This document shows positions 5,627 through 14,000 of a stretch of DNA of 64,000 nt, piece by piece. A program made the translations under genes and the position numbers. Each line of letters opens with the position of its first letter. Position 1 is the first letter of the stretch. The notes under the pieces are model-generated. The model was not told the origin of the DNA. It saw only the letters and a list, made by a program, of their open reading frames with translations, and made no database searches. The DNA lies in the sequence record NC_031127.1; one strand, 5' to 3'.

Positions 5627-5831
5627 AGAACCAAAATCCCAGCCTTCGCAGAAAAAGCTTACCTGCATTAGCGGTCCCCTGCGGGGGTTGGGTACCACCT
5701 TTGTCCGTTTTGTTTTTTTCTTTCAATTGCCTGGCGGTATTGGTGGGAACAAAACGGGTAAAGCCCTAGCGGGGGAAAAGCCGTTAACAACAACAGAAGC
5801 AGTAAAAACAGAAGTAAAAGCAGGAGTAGTT

Positions 5832-6644
5832 ATGTTTACTATCTTACGCAAAATCAATGGTAACCGCACACCAACCGAACACGAATCCCCTACGCTGGGT
5901 GATACGAAGTCACAAGTGTTCAAAGATGCGATGTCGCTTCTTACCGAATCCAATAACGTGCATAACTGCATGGATTCTGGGATGGATGCGAAGCCGTGGA
6001 TTAACGGCAAACCCAAACCGATTGAGGAGTGGGTAGAGCGCTTTAAGAAAGCGTACGGCGCGACAGACTCAGACAACCAAGAACTGGTTTCTCTGGTCAG
6101 TGAACTCGCACCGGGAATGTTTGACAAAGCCAATGCGCGTTTTGCATCGGACTTTGGTCAACTGGAAGAAGCCTTCCTGAAAGATACCGGGCAAACTATC
6201 ATCTGGAAATGTCCGAACGGACTCCCGATTGATATCCAGTTCCAAAACATTCCCCGTCAGTCTGTTGAAACACTACATACCACGCTCGATTTCATCGAAG
6301 CGGATGAGTTGAAGTTTGCGGTGTTCAACAGCAAGGCGTTGTGGGATGGGTATAACTCCGCTGAACTGTTTGGCGGTGAAGCCACCGAGATTTCCTCGGT
6401 AGAACTCCAACACGTTTACTTTGACGATACGGCCATGCCGCAAGAAGCGGTGCTCAAAGCCAACCGTCGTGGTACCCGCACTATGGAACAGGTCATCGGG
6501 GTGCTTGCTTATGGCAGCTCCGAACAACCCGACCCAACCACAGGCAACGTGCCGGTCACAGTGATGACCTACGAGTTTATCTACCAAGGCGATGAAGTCT
6601 ACATTACGAACCGTCACGGTAAGACCGTGGACTCCATCCGTTAA
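5832..6644 (+). CDS. hypothetical protein
   Basis: AGGAG SD before ATG 5832 (MFTILRK...); the track's start at 5610 overlaps structured RNA. Confidence 0.8.
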   Translation: MFTILRKINGNRTPTEHESPTLGDTKSQVFKDAMSLLTESNNVHNCMDSGMDAKPWINGKPKPIEEWVERFKKAYGATDSDNQELVSLVSELAPGMFDKANARFASDFGQLEEAFLKDTGQTIIWKCPNGLPIDIQFQNIPRQSVETLHTTLDFIEADELKFAVFNSKALWDGYNSAELFGGEATEISSVELQHVYFDDTAMPQEAVLKANRRGTRTMEQVIGVLAYGSSEQPDPTTGNVPVTVMTYEFIYQGDEVYITNRHGKTVDSIR

Positions 6645-6746
6645 GCATTAGCATGCTCGCTAATACCCGCCCTGAGGATTGGCCTCCTCATGCTTGAAGG
6701 GCGACTCTCCTGTAGTACGCTTTGTAAGTCGACGTAAATCGGTACG

Positions 6747-6789
6747 CCCTCTCCCCGAAAAGGGAGAGGGTAGTATCGTATATTTTTTT
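6747..6789 (+). terminator. intrinsic terminator
   Basis: CCCTCTCCC/GGGAGAGGG stem with a downstream T run. Confidence 0.55.
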
Positions 6790-6794
6790 GGATA

Positions 6795-6810
6795 TATATT
6801 ACCTAGGTGA
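6795..6810 (+). promoter_or_regulatory. early-type phage promoter KATATTAYC-N3-GTGA
   Basis: TATATTACCTAGGTGA; one of six copies; contains the phiKZ early motif TATATTAC. Confidence 0.65.
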
Positions 6811-6859
6811 GATTAAACTATAATCTTTTACCCATCATTAGACTTTCGAGGATAAACTT

Positions 6860-7840
6860 ATGCGCATCACCCCAATGTCAGCCCATGAAACTTTCGCTAT
6901 TCGTGGCTACAGCCCCGAAGAAGGCAAACGTATCCGCGGCTATCTCCCGCGTCGCTTTGGTGACATCAACAATGCACTGCCACTAACGAACGCCGAGTTC
7001 TGGTTGGCGTACGAGTGCATGAAACATTACAATGATAATTCCAGTGACCGTGGTCGTTTTTACAGCGTCGGGCCGTTTAGCTTCCAAGCCAACGGTAAAG
7101 TGAACTACCGCTCTGAGAAGTTAAACGAAGATTTCTCCATGGTGGAATTCATTCGTCACTTCGGTGACACGGTCTTCACTGACTTCGATGCTGAACTGGG
7201 TATGAAGGTCCCACGCACTAACGCAGACGGCTCGCTGGTAATGAAGAACCGCATGGTCGTCACTCGTCTGGTAGAGATTGAGAAGCAAGCTCAACCGAAA
7301 GAAGATTATTCCAGTTGGCACACCAACAGCTGGATGAACTTCCCGGTGGGGTCACTCTCCTTACCACCGACTGGGATGATATCGCCGGAAACTATCCTGA
7401 TGGCATCCTTACATGGCGAGATGGCGCAAGAGTATGCCAATACGCAGAGCGGTCGTATGTTCCATCCCACGATTGATTACAAATGGGTGGCAACGTACGT
7501 TTACCTGAAGCGTTTATACCATGCACGCGACCGCGAGTTCGGTCAGGATTATTACTCTGTTCGCTCATCCATTGAAATGAACCTGCGTTTCCGTTCAAGT
7601 AACTCACTCTATCCGAGCGATGTCATGACACCACCTCACTTCTTCCACATTGATGGGGATCGTGTCATGTCCAAGAACGGCATCATTAACTGTCCACGCA
7701 TCAACAACATGAATCCGATGGGGTTCTACGAAAGGCTTTATCGCTTCAACAACAACGGCCATGTTTCTGCTATCGCAACCATCCCCACTACACTCTTCGA
7801 AGAGTACAGTGAAGAGGAATGGAAAGCAGTCTTAGCATAA
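6860..7840 (+). CDS. hypothetical early protein
   Basis: 326-aa ORF, GAGGA SD, flanked by promoter and terminator. Confidence 0.85.
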   Translation: MRITPMSAHETFAIRGYSPEEGKRIRGYLPRRFGDINNALPLTNAEFWLAYECMKHYNDNSSDRGRFYSVGPFSFQANGKVNYRSEKLNEDFSMVEFIRHFGDTVFTDFDAELGMKVPRTNADGSLVMKNRMVVTRLVEIEKQAQPKEDYSSWHTNSWMNFPVGSLSLPPTGMISPETILMASLHGEMAQEYANTQSGRMFHPTIDYKWVATYVYLKRLYHARDREFGQDYYSVRSSIEMNLRFRSSNSLYPSDVMTPPHFFHIDGDRVMSKNGIINCPRINNMNPMGFYERLYRFNNNGHVSAIATIPTTLFEEYSEEEWKAVLA

Positions 7841-7846
7841 CCTTAG

Positions 7847-7877
7847 AGCGGGGGGTAAAACCCCGCTTTATTTTTTT
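7847..7877 (+). terminator. intrinsic terminator
   Basis: AGCGGGG/CCCCGCT stem + T tract. Confidence 0.7.
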
Positions 7878-7912
7878 ACTTGAATACCTGATTTATATAG
7901 GAGGGTAACATC

Positions 7913-8353
7913 ATGAAATCCAATTTGGCTTACAGCTTTAACATTATTCCATTCTATCAACCCATCGAAATGACGCGTGCGTTAACCGACGGTATTTTAC
8001 CTGAGACGTTTATACCGAAAGGTCGTTACGATGAAATGTTGCTGGAGACGCTGTTCCCCATCATCATTAGTCATCCATTATTCAGAGAGTTTTCATCTAA
8101 GCTGACACCCCAAGAAGGGTCGGGTTTCCGTAAGGGTGATGACGTGCCGGTAATTACCACCACGTATAACATCTCACGAGAGGAAGCGAAAGCCATGGCG
8201 CGCGACCCGGATGTTTTCTTCCGGTTCATGAAGTCAATGGCAGAGGCTTTAGATAAACGTGCCCTGCCGTTTGAGGAAATCTTCGCTGTGCTCCTCGACG
8301 CCATCTGTGCAAGTGACTATGCCATGTTCCACAACACAGACAGTCTGCACTAA
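7913..8353 (+). CDS. hypothetical protein
   Basis: 146 aa, AGGAGG SD. Confidence 0.8.
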   Translation: MKSNLAYSFNIIPFYQPIEMTRALTDGILPETFIPKGRYDEMLLETLFPIIISHPLFREFSSKLTPQEGSGFRKGDDVPVITTTYNISREEAKAMARDPDVFFRFMKSMAEALDKRALPFEEIFAVLLDAICASDYAMFHNTDSLH

Positions 8354-8419
8354 AAATTACGCCAGAGTCCCTCCCTATAGGGAATCTGTGCCTGTATAGA
8401 TTCCAATAGGAGATGAACC

Positions 8420-8806
8420 ATGAAGACGACACTGCGTCCGATGGACGTGATTCTCGCTCACCCCGACACGCTCAGCAAAATCGCACCACAGTCAGAACTC
8501 GACCGCCGGTTATTAGAAAGCCTAGAATGGGGATTTACCCTCCACCCAGATGAGGTTTCCAACACACGCGTTCTTGATGTCTCCGACACCGTGGTGATTG
8601 ACTGGACTGAACGTGAAGGATGTGACGATGTGCGAGAGTACGTGGCGCAAGCAACGGTACCTCCACGCGTACCCATCGCCGGACTGGCTGAACACACCAT
8701 TTCTCTGCGCCGTTTATGCAACGCTCAAGATGAGATTGTTCGCAACGGTGAAGCGTGGAGTTATGGTACTGCCAGTCACCTGAAGAACGTGCTGCTTCAG
8801 GCGTAA
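8420..8806 (+). CDS. hypothetical protein
   Basis: 128 aa, AGGAG SD. Confidence 0.8.
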   Translation: MKTTLRPMDVILAHPDTLSKIAPQSELDRRLLESLEWGFTLHPDEVSNTRVLDVSDTVVIDWTEREGCDDVREYVAQATVPPRVPIAGLAEHTISLRRLCNAQDEIVRNGEAWSYGTASHLKNVLLQA

Positions 8807-8861
8807 AAAAAGAAAAGAAGATAACCCCTGCCGAAGCAGGGGTTGGTCTTTCTTTTTTTGT
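8807..8861. terminator. bidirectional terminator between convergent genes
   Basis: A tract, AACCCCTGC/GCAGGGGTT stem, T tract. Confidence 0.75.
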
Positions 8862-9674
8862 CTACGATTTGAAACGACCACCGGACATGTAGTTGTAACG
8901 GTTTCCGATGTCGTCGTTGTGAACCAACGCGCGCTTCATCGCAGGTAGGGTGTCATCAAACATCTGCCCCGCATCCGAATAACTTTCCACCACGTTACGG
9001 AAGGCACCGAACTCCATACCGTTCTCAATCTTACCGGAATCCATATCGAAGATGAGTTGGTTATAGATGTATTGCTTCGTGGCAAAGACCGCCAAGTCAG
9101 CCACACGCGGATAGAATGGCGTCTTGATTTCGTTCAGTTCTTCACTGAGCTTATACATGATCGCAATCTTCGTGGCGTAGACAAACATACCGGGATCTTT
9201 AATCTTGATGGTGTTCGGTCCCAGTACACGCACCTCAGGTGAACTGATGCGCGGTAAAGCAGAGTTCGAATCCACCACTAACTGCGTCGCAGCGAGCGCA
9301 CCGGTGGTGGCCCCATCCAAATACGAGCCCGCAGGCGGGAGTGTATACGCCTGACCGGCCACCGGCGTAACTGCGATGTGCGCTTCGAGGATTTCGCGGC
9401 CACCCGTTTTAAATTCATTGATGTGGTAAATGCGCGAGTAGTAGTCTTCCGTATCGTTCTCATAGGGCAACCCCTGCAAGTCAAGTTCGGTATATTGCCC
9501 CATACGGGACACTTCGGGAATCACATACTCACGAATCACTTTATCCATGATTTCGTTTTCAATGCTACTGGCCACGCCTAACATCCGGAGGTTCTCTGGT
9601 GTAAAGGCGACTTTCAGCAGCGGTAAAGGAATGTCTCGCCGGATTTTGCGGAGACAATAATCTATCACGTTCAT
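8862..9674 (-). CDS. conserved jumbo-phage protein, probably virion-associated
   Basis: 270-aa ORF with GGAG SD; isolated minus-strand gene before the early block, as in SPN3US-like phages (synteny inference). Confidence 0.7.
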   Translation of the reverse strand: MNVIDYCLRKIRRDIPLPLLKVAFTPENLRMLGVASSIENEIMDKVIREYVIPEVSRMGQYTELDLQGLPYENDTEDYYSRIYHINEFKTGGREILEAHIAVTPVAGQAYTLPPAGSYLDGATTGALAATQLVVDSNSALPRISSPEVRVLGPNTIKIKDPGMFVYATKIAIMYKLSEELNEIKTPFYPRVADLAVFATKQYIYNQLIFDMDSGKIENGMEFGAFRNVVESYSDAGQMFDDTLPAMKRALVHNDDIGNRYNYMSGGRFKS

Positions 9675-9794
9675 TTTGGGCTCCAGAGTGGCGTTAGGCA
9701 GCTTTCATAGCATGGGTGGTGGGGTAGGATAGGTTATAGTAAAAAATACGCTATATGGCTATTATGTGCGTACCACAGTCTAATTAATTTGACA

Positions 9795-9812
9795 TAGATA
9801 TTATCTTTGTGA
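9795..9812 (+). promoter_or_regulatory. early-type phage promoter
   Basis: GATATTATCTTTGTGA upstream of the 9837-13899 operon. Confidence 0.65.
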
Positions 9813-9836
9813 CGAAACCATAAGGAGTATCTACTC

Positions 9837-10109
9837 ATGACGCGGGTGTTCTTTGAACTGAACTTGAAAACCAAGCGCGGTTACATCGGTCCCCACTGGA
9901 TTATCATCAACGCGATTCAAGAACTCATCTATCCGGGAACGTTCAACCTCGAGAAACGTTTACTGGAACGGGCCGAGGAATATTTCGGCACAGATGCATG
10001 GTACATGATTGCGAAGTTGGGTCCGAACCACCGTCATCCATTTATTTACCACAACGGGGTTGTAGAAACATGGTCAAGCTATACATCAAACCAGCTGATG
10101 TGCATGTAA
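9837..10109 (+). CDS. hypothetical early protein
   Basis: AAGGAG SD, first gene of the operon. Confidence 0.8.
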   Translation: MTRVFFELNLKTKRGYIGPHWIIINAIQELIYPGTFNLEKRLLERAEEYFGTDAWYMIAKLGPNHRHPFIYHNGVVETWSSYTSNQLMCM

Positions 10110-10723
10110 GCTTTTGGGGTGAGGCAGACAAGACGCCGTATGTGCAAGCATTACGCATGTCTGAGATGCAACGTCAGGAGGTGACAGTCCAGCTCCTCCA
10201 CACCGCATTAGAACACATCTTCCTTTCGCTCGAGGAGATGCCTTTCGCACAGCTGCATGACCACCTTGAGAAGTATGTTGATCAGGTGCTGCTGCATAAG
10301 CTCCTGCATCAAGACAAGAAGTTGGAAGAACCCGAGGTTATTCGCGGGCGAACCCGTATTGTAACAGAGACCATGTTCGGTAATGATATCCTCGATACCC
10401 GACTGGTTGACCGCGTCGTTTATGCAACTATCCGTGAACTGATTGATGTGGCGTTCGGCGATATCTTCAACAAGTTCGTTGATCAGATTGAATCGGTGAT
10501 TGAGGAATCGTGCAAACTGTGTAAGCGCAAGTTCAACCGTTACGCGATTGTGACTATCACACCGAGACTGGGCGTTCGTGCGAAGCTTGTTTGTTTGGAA
10601 CTCGAACTGGGTGATGATATTCGACATGTCTACTTCAATCAGCGTTTCCCAACCGGGCGGTATTGTTCAGATAACGATGATAAAATTCGTGACCTGCAAA
10701 GCCTACTTCCGAATATTGGCTGA
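10070..10723 (+). CDS. hypothetical early protein
   Basis: Start reassigned to ATG 10070 (MVKLYIKP); overlaps the previous gene. Confidence 0.7.
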   Translation: MVKLYIKPADVHVSFWGEADKTPYVQALRMSEMQRQEVTVQLLHTALEHIFLSLEEMPFAQLHDHLEKYVDQVLLHKLLHQDKKLEEPEVIRGRTRIVTETMFGNDILDTRLVDRVVYATIRELIDVAFGDIFNKFVDQIESVIEESCKLCKRKFNRYAIVTITPRLGVRAKLVCLELELGDDIRHVYFNQRFPTGRYCSDNDDKIRDLQSLLPNIG

Positions 10724-11045
10724 GGAGGAAGGACTTAGCAGTTACGATGTGCAGGTCTTGCTCAAGGATATTATCCTCGACTTGTTCAACTATCTGTTAT
10801 CCGGCTTTAACCCCACGGGTTCATGGGACGGCACTGCGGTGACAGTCATTGTGCGTTCTACACGTCCAAAGACCACAACGCATCAGGCCAACAATTGGGC
10901 GCGTCATGTTCGTCGTGCAATTTGCGAAGAACTGAATGTTCCCGCTAAAGGGTATCGGTTATGGTTGAATGTGACCGATGAGTTTATCCGCTTCATCCCG
11001 TATAAGGATCAGGACTATGAAAACGCTTTACTTCGAGTTTCCTGA
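10677..11045 (+). CDS. hypothetical early protein
   Basis: Start reassigned to ATG 10677 (MIKFVTC); start position uncertain. Confidence 0.65.
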   Translation: MIKFVTCKAYFRILAEEEGLSSYDVQVLLKDIILDLFNYLLSGFNPTGSWDGTAVTVIVRSTRPKTTTHQANNWARHVRRAICEELNVPAKGYRLWLNVTDEFIRFIPYKDQDYENALLRVS

Positions 11046-11406
11046 AACTTATCGCGAGATTAATCGGGTGCTCGAGAAATTTACAAATAAAAACTATTTT
11101 GATGACCCGGACACCATCGATCATTACATCGAGTTGCTCGTTCGCATGGAAACTCATCGGCGCTTGTACAACGCGGATATCGGTTCCCTGAAAAAGTGGA
11201 TGCGTAGTGAAATGGTTCGATGGCCGGTTTCTGCCGACTATTTCTCCAATAACACGGTGCAGTTATACATTATTGAGTCTTCGGATCTTTGGGCTGCGAT
11301 AGACAAAGAAATGACCATCACGCCCAATCCCGATTTCATCATGTGGCATGTCGAGCGTGGTGTGTGGAAAATGATCACTTCAGGAGTCAACCTTTATGTT
11401 AAGTAA
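11017..11406 (+). CDS. hypothetical early protein
   Basis: AGGA SD before ATG 11017 (MKTLYFEF). Confidence 0.75.
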   Translation: MKTLYFEFPETYREINRVLEKFTNKNYFDDPDTIDHYIELLVRMETHRRLYNADIGSLKKWMRSEMVRWPVSADYFSNNTVQLYIIESSDLWAAIDKEMTITPNPDFIMWHVERGVWKMITSGVNLYVK

Positions 11407-11902
11407 CACCTATTGCCTCATTCCCGATTACCAAGAGGTGGCGGGACCGTTAACCGAGTTTGACCCTGCATCTGTTCTCCGCGAAGTCAACGAAGACATG
11501 AACACGATCATCAACCGCGCATTTACATTTGTTGAGTCGGGTCATTTGGACGGCTCGCTCGAGTTCAGCATGAGGAATACTTTCAACTACGTGGCGACCG
11601 AACTGTCTACCCGTGGGATTGTGTTGGATAATGAGTCGACCGTGGTCTATGCGAACGCCATCCAGAATGTCGGTAAAGCATTCATGGTGGCTATCTCCTC
11701 CTCCCCTTACTGGTTCACCCGTTACGGTAAGTGGGTCGGTGCGCGTTATAGCCCGACGTGTATCGGTGGGGTTGATGTGTACCTTGACCATAACCAGCAT
11801 AAATTGCCGCAGTTCGAATCCGCTGAACAGTATCAGGCTATCACGCCGCGATTACTGACCGTGGTTGACATGCTGATTGGTAATCTGGGGGGTCGCCTAT
11901 GA
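11396..11902 (+). CDS. hypothetical early protein
   Basis: AGGAG SD, translationally coupled. Confidence 0.8.
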   Translation: MLSNTYCLIPDYQEVAGPLTEFDPASVLREVNEDMNTIINRAFTFVESGHLDGSLEFSMRNTFNYVATELSTRGIVLDNESTVVYANAIQNVGKAFMVAISSSPYWFTRYGKWVGARYSPTCIGGVDVYLDHNQHKLPQFESAEQYQAITPRLLTVVDMLIGNLGGRL

Positions 11903-12471
11903 AGGTCTTTTACGATGTGTCCTCACGGGTTGTGGAGTTCGGGGCTACGCGCTTCTATGAACACGTCCGCGAACACATCTCCGCGATACTGACGGAGTGC
12001 CAGTTAGAGGTGACGAATGAAACCGTCGATAACCTTTACCATCTCTATCAGCGTTATGCCATGGCATATGTCATTGGGGTAACGACGCGGGACGCCGGTA
12101 AGTTTATCGAGAATTTGGTTGATGAATTTGCCGAGGGTGATGACGACAGTTACACCCTAGCAACTGATCGCTCAGGCTATGAGCTTCGACAACAGGGGTT
12201 ACTACTTGACCAAGCATTCGAAGACATTGTGGTGGATGAGTTACCGCTCATCTCGTCGATGATTGCACAGTTCCCCGGTTGTTCGGGTACGCAAGAGGAG
12301 CATGAGAAAGCGATCAACATGGCCGCCGCTTTGTTCTTAGATGAAACCAGCACGGAACTGATGGGCCTAGCCAGCGTTATCGGTTCTGTGTGTCCGGGGA
12401 AATATATTGAACACTACGGCGATGATTTCAAAGGGTTAGTGGTGGTTTGCGAGCATGAAACTCTATTTTGA
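11899..12471 (+). CDS. hypothetical early protein
   Basis: ATGA overlap with the previous stop. Confidence 0.8.
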   Translation: MKVFYDVSSRVVEFGATRFYEHVREHISAILTECQLEVTNETVDNLYHLYQRYAMAYVIGVTTRDAGKFIENLVDEFAEGDDDSYTLATDRSGYELRQQGLLLDQAFEDIVVDELPLISSMIAQFPGCSGTQEEHEKAINMAAALFLDETSTELMGLASVIGSVCPGKYIEHYGDDFKGLVVVCEHETLF

Positions 12472-12889
12472 CCTCAATGATATCTGCGATGTTCCCGCTA
12501 TGCTTGACCGGGTTAACCAAGACAGCAACCGCTTCACGGAAGACTCGGCAAAAGCGTTTTACGCATTCACTGCGATGTATGCAGCCTACTCGCTCCGGTC
12601 TATTATTAATGGCGCAGCAGGAAATAACTTTGTTACTTATGTACCCGTTAAGGCCGCCAGCGTGTTTTCGAACATGACCAAAGTGTGGTCGCATGACACC
12701 ATCATCGACTTGCGTGTGTGTTTCGACACCATCGATATGGATAACGTGGTGCGCTTTAACAATGTGATTGCTACCGTGGACCATGCGTTGTTAAGCGAGG
12801 GCAAAACGTTCGAATCAATAAAAGACGCCAGTCACATACACATCGACCTGACAAACCCAAAAGGGACGGTGGTGTGTCTGGAGTGTTAA
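12455..12889 (+). CDS. hypothetical early protein
   Basis: Overlapping operon gene, 144 aa. Confidence 0.75.
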   Translation: MKLYFDLNDICDVPAMLDRVNQDSNRFTEDSAKAFYAFTAMYAAYSLRSIINGAAGNNFVTYVPVKAASVFSNMTKVWSHDTIIDLRVCFDTIDMDNVVRFNNVIATVDHALLSEGKTFESIKDASHIHIDLTNPKGTVVCLEC

Positions 12890-12898
12890 GGAGTTGCG

Positions 12899-13495
12899 AT
12901 GGTCTACAAAGTGGTAGCCTACCACACCTGGAGCATGCATTTGGGTGTGGTGGAGTATCTGACCGGCAGTGAGGCATTTTCAGAACTGGTGACACGAACC
13001 GTTGAATCGTTTCCCAAGATGAAGATTGCACTCCCCGTAGGTCCGTTGGAAGAAGACGCGATCTTCGCCGCGTTGCACAATACCATGCCCTCCTATCTTC
13101 AAGCCTTCATGCTCACCATGACACGGGCCGAAGAATCTCACGTTAAGAGCTTCCTGAAATCGCTCGATAAAGAATATCGTCGTTGGAAGTTTGGCACGGA
13201 AATGGATTCGGGTTCAGTTGACGGCGTGTTGGAAGATCTGGTTCCGCTGATTAAGCTCTACAAAGCAAACAACGCCGAAGGGGCAACCGTGACCAAGACC
13301 TTATTGGATTACTCGGTTGAAACATTGGCACAGTTCTTTGCCGGAGCAATTGTGGAAGAGTTCCGTGAAGCCGTGGATATGTTCCTGACGTGTCATTGCG
13401 GAAAGGTACAGTCCCTGAGTGTGGTGCTGAACTTCCCGCAATGTCAGTATAACCTCATGGATATGAGGCTATTAATTGATGTGTCGGAGGAATGA
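12899..13495 (+). CDS. hypothetical early protein
   Basis: AAGGAG SD, 198 aa. Confidence 0.8.
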   Translation: MVYKVVAYHTWSMHLGVVEYLTGSEAFSELVTRTVESFPKMKIALPVGPLEEDAIFAALHNTMPSYLQAFMLTMTRAEESHVKSFLKSLDKEYRRWKFGTEMDSGSVDGVLEDLVPLIKLYKANNAEGATVTKTLLDYSVETLAQFFAGAIVEEFREAVDMFLTCHCGKVQSLSVVLNFPQCQYNLMDMRLLIDVSEE

Positions 13496-13899
13496 TGTTT
13501 GACGTGAAGAGTCTGGAGGAGGGGAGCATCGTAAACATCGTTTATGATACCCCGATGCTTCAACCCGAAACGCGTGTGACGGTGTTGGGAACCTGCGGCT
13601 ATGAAATGGCACGCAGTATTGAAGATGTGACGGTGAAGCAGAAGAATATCTTCTCAACCATCGTCTCCCAACCAGAGAACAACGTAGCGAAGTACCGCTA
13701 TCTGATGTTCAAAGGGGCGGACGGTAAAGCCCATGTGGCTGCCGACGCGTGGATTCGTAGTGTGTCGGTTATCAAGAACCTGCAAGTGCGGTTCATGACG
13801 ATTGTGGACAACCGTGAGGAGATTGATTTAATCACCAAAGCGTTGGCCGACCGGGGCATTAACGATGTCACGTTTGAAATCGTTGACAACACCAACTGA
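13492..13899 (+). CDS. conserved jumbo-phage protein (possible SH3-like beta fold)
   Basis: GGAGG SD, beta-rich sequence, directly upstream of the DNA polymerase gene. Confidence 0.7.
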   Translation: MMFDVKSLEEGSIVNIVYDTPMLQPETRVTVLGTCGYEMARSIEDVTVKQKNIFSTIVSQPENNVAKYRYLMFKGADGKAHVAADAWIRSVSVIKNLQVRFMTIVDNREEIDLITKALADRGINDVTFEIVDNTN

Positions 13900-13900
13900 A

Positions 13901-13937
13901 TACTCTCCTCGCTTCGGCGGGGAGGTTATTTTTTTTG
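13901..13937 (+). terminator. intrinsic terminator
   Basis: CTCCTCGC-TTCG-GCGGGGAG + T tract. Confidence 0.7.
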
Positions 13938-14000
13938 ATCTTTTTTCACGTCAGTGGGTAATGTTATAGATGAAGATCCCGCGACCCACAGGAGTACAGC

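Noticed and set aside
3978-5769. Track ORFs over the tRNA cluster (4027-4365, 4043-4246, 4797-5147, 4978-5172, 5500-5769)
   Set aside because: They overlap clear tRNAs or structured RNA and lack SD sites
5790-5830. A-rich quasi-repeats (AACAACAACAGAAGCAGTAAAAACAGAAGTAAAAGCAG)
   Set aside because: Explained as an unstructured translational leader; not a regular repeat array
13952-13987. GTGGGT/ACCCAC stem before the polymerase SD as an autoregulatory operator
   Set aside because: Only 6 bp with a 24-nt loop and a possible start site inside it; too weak to claim
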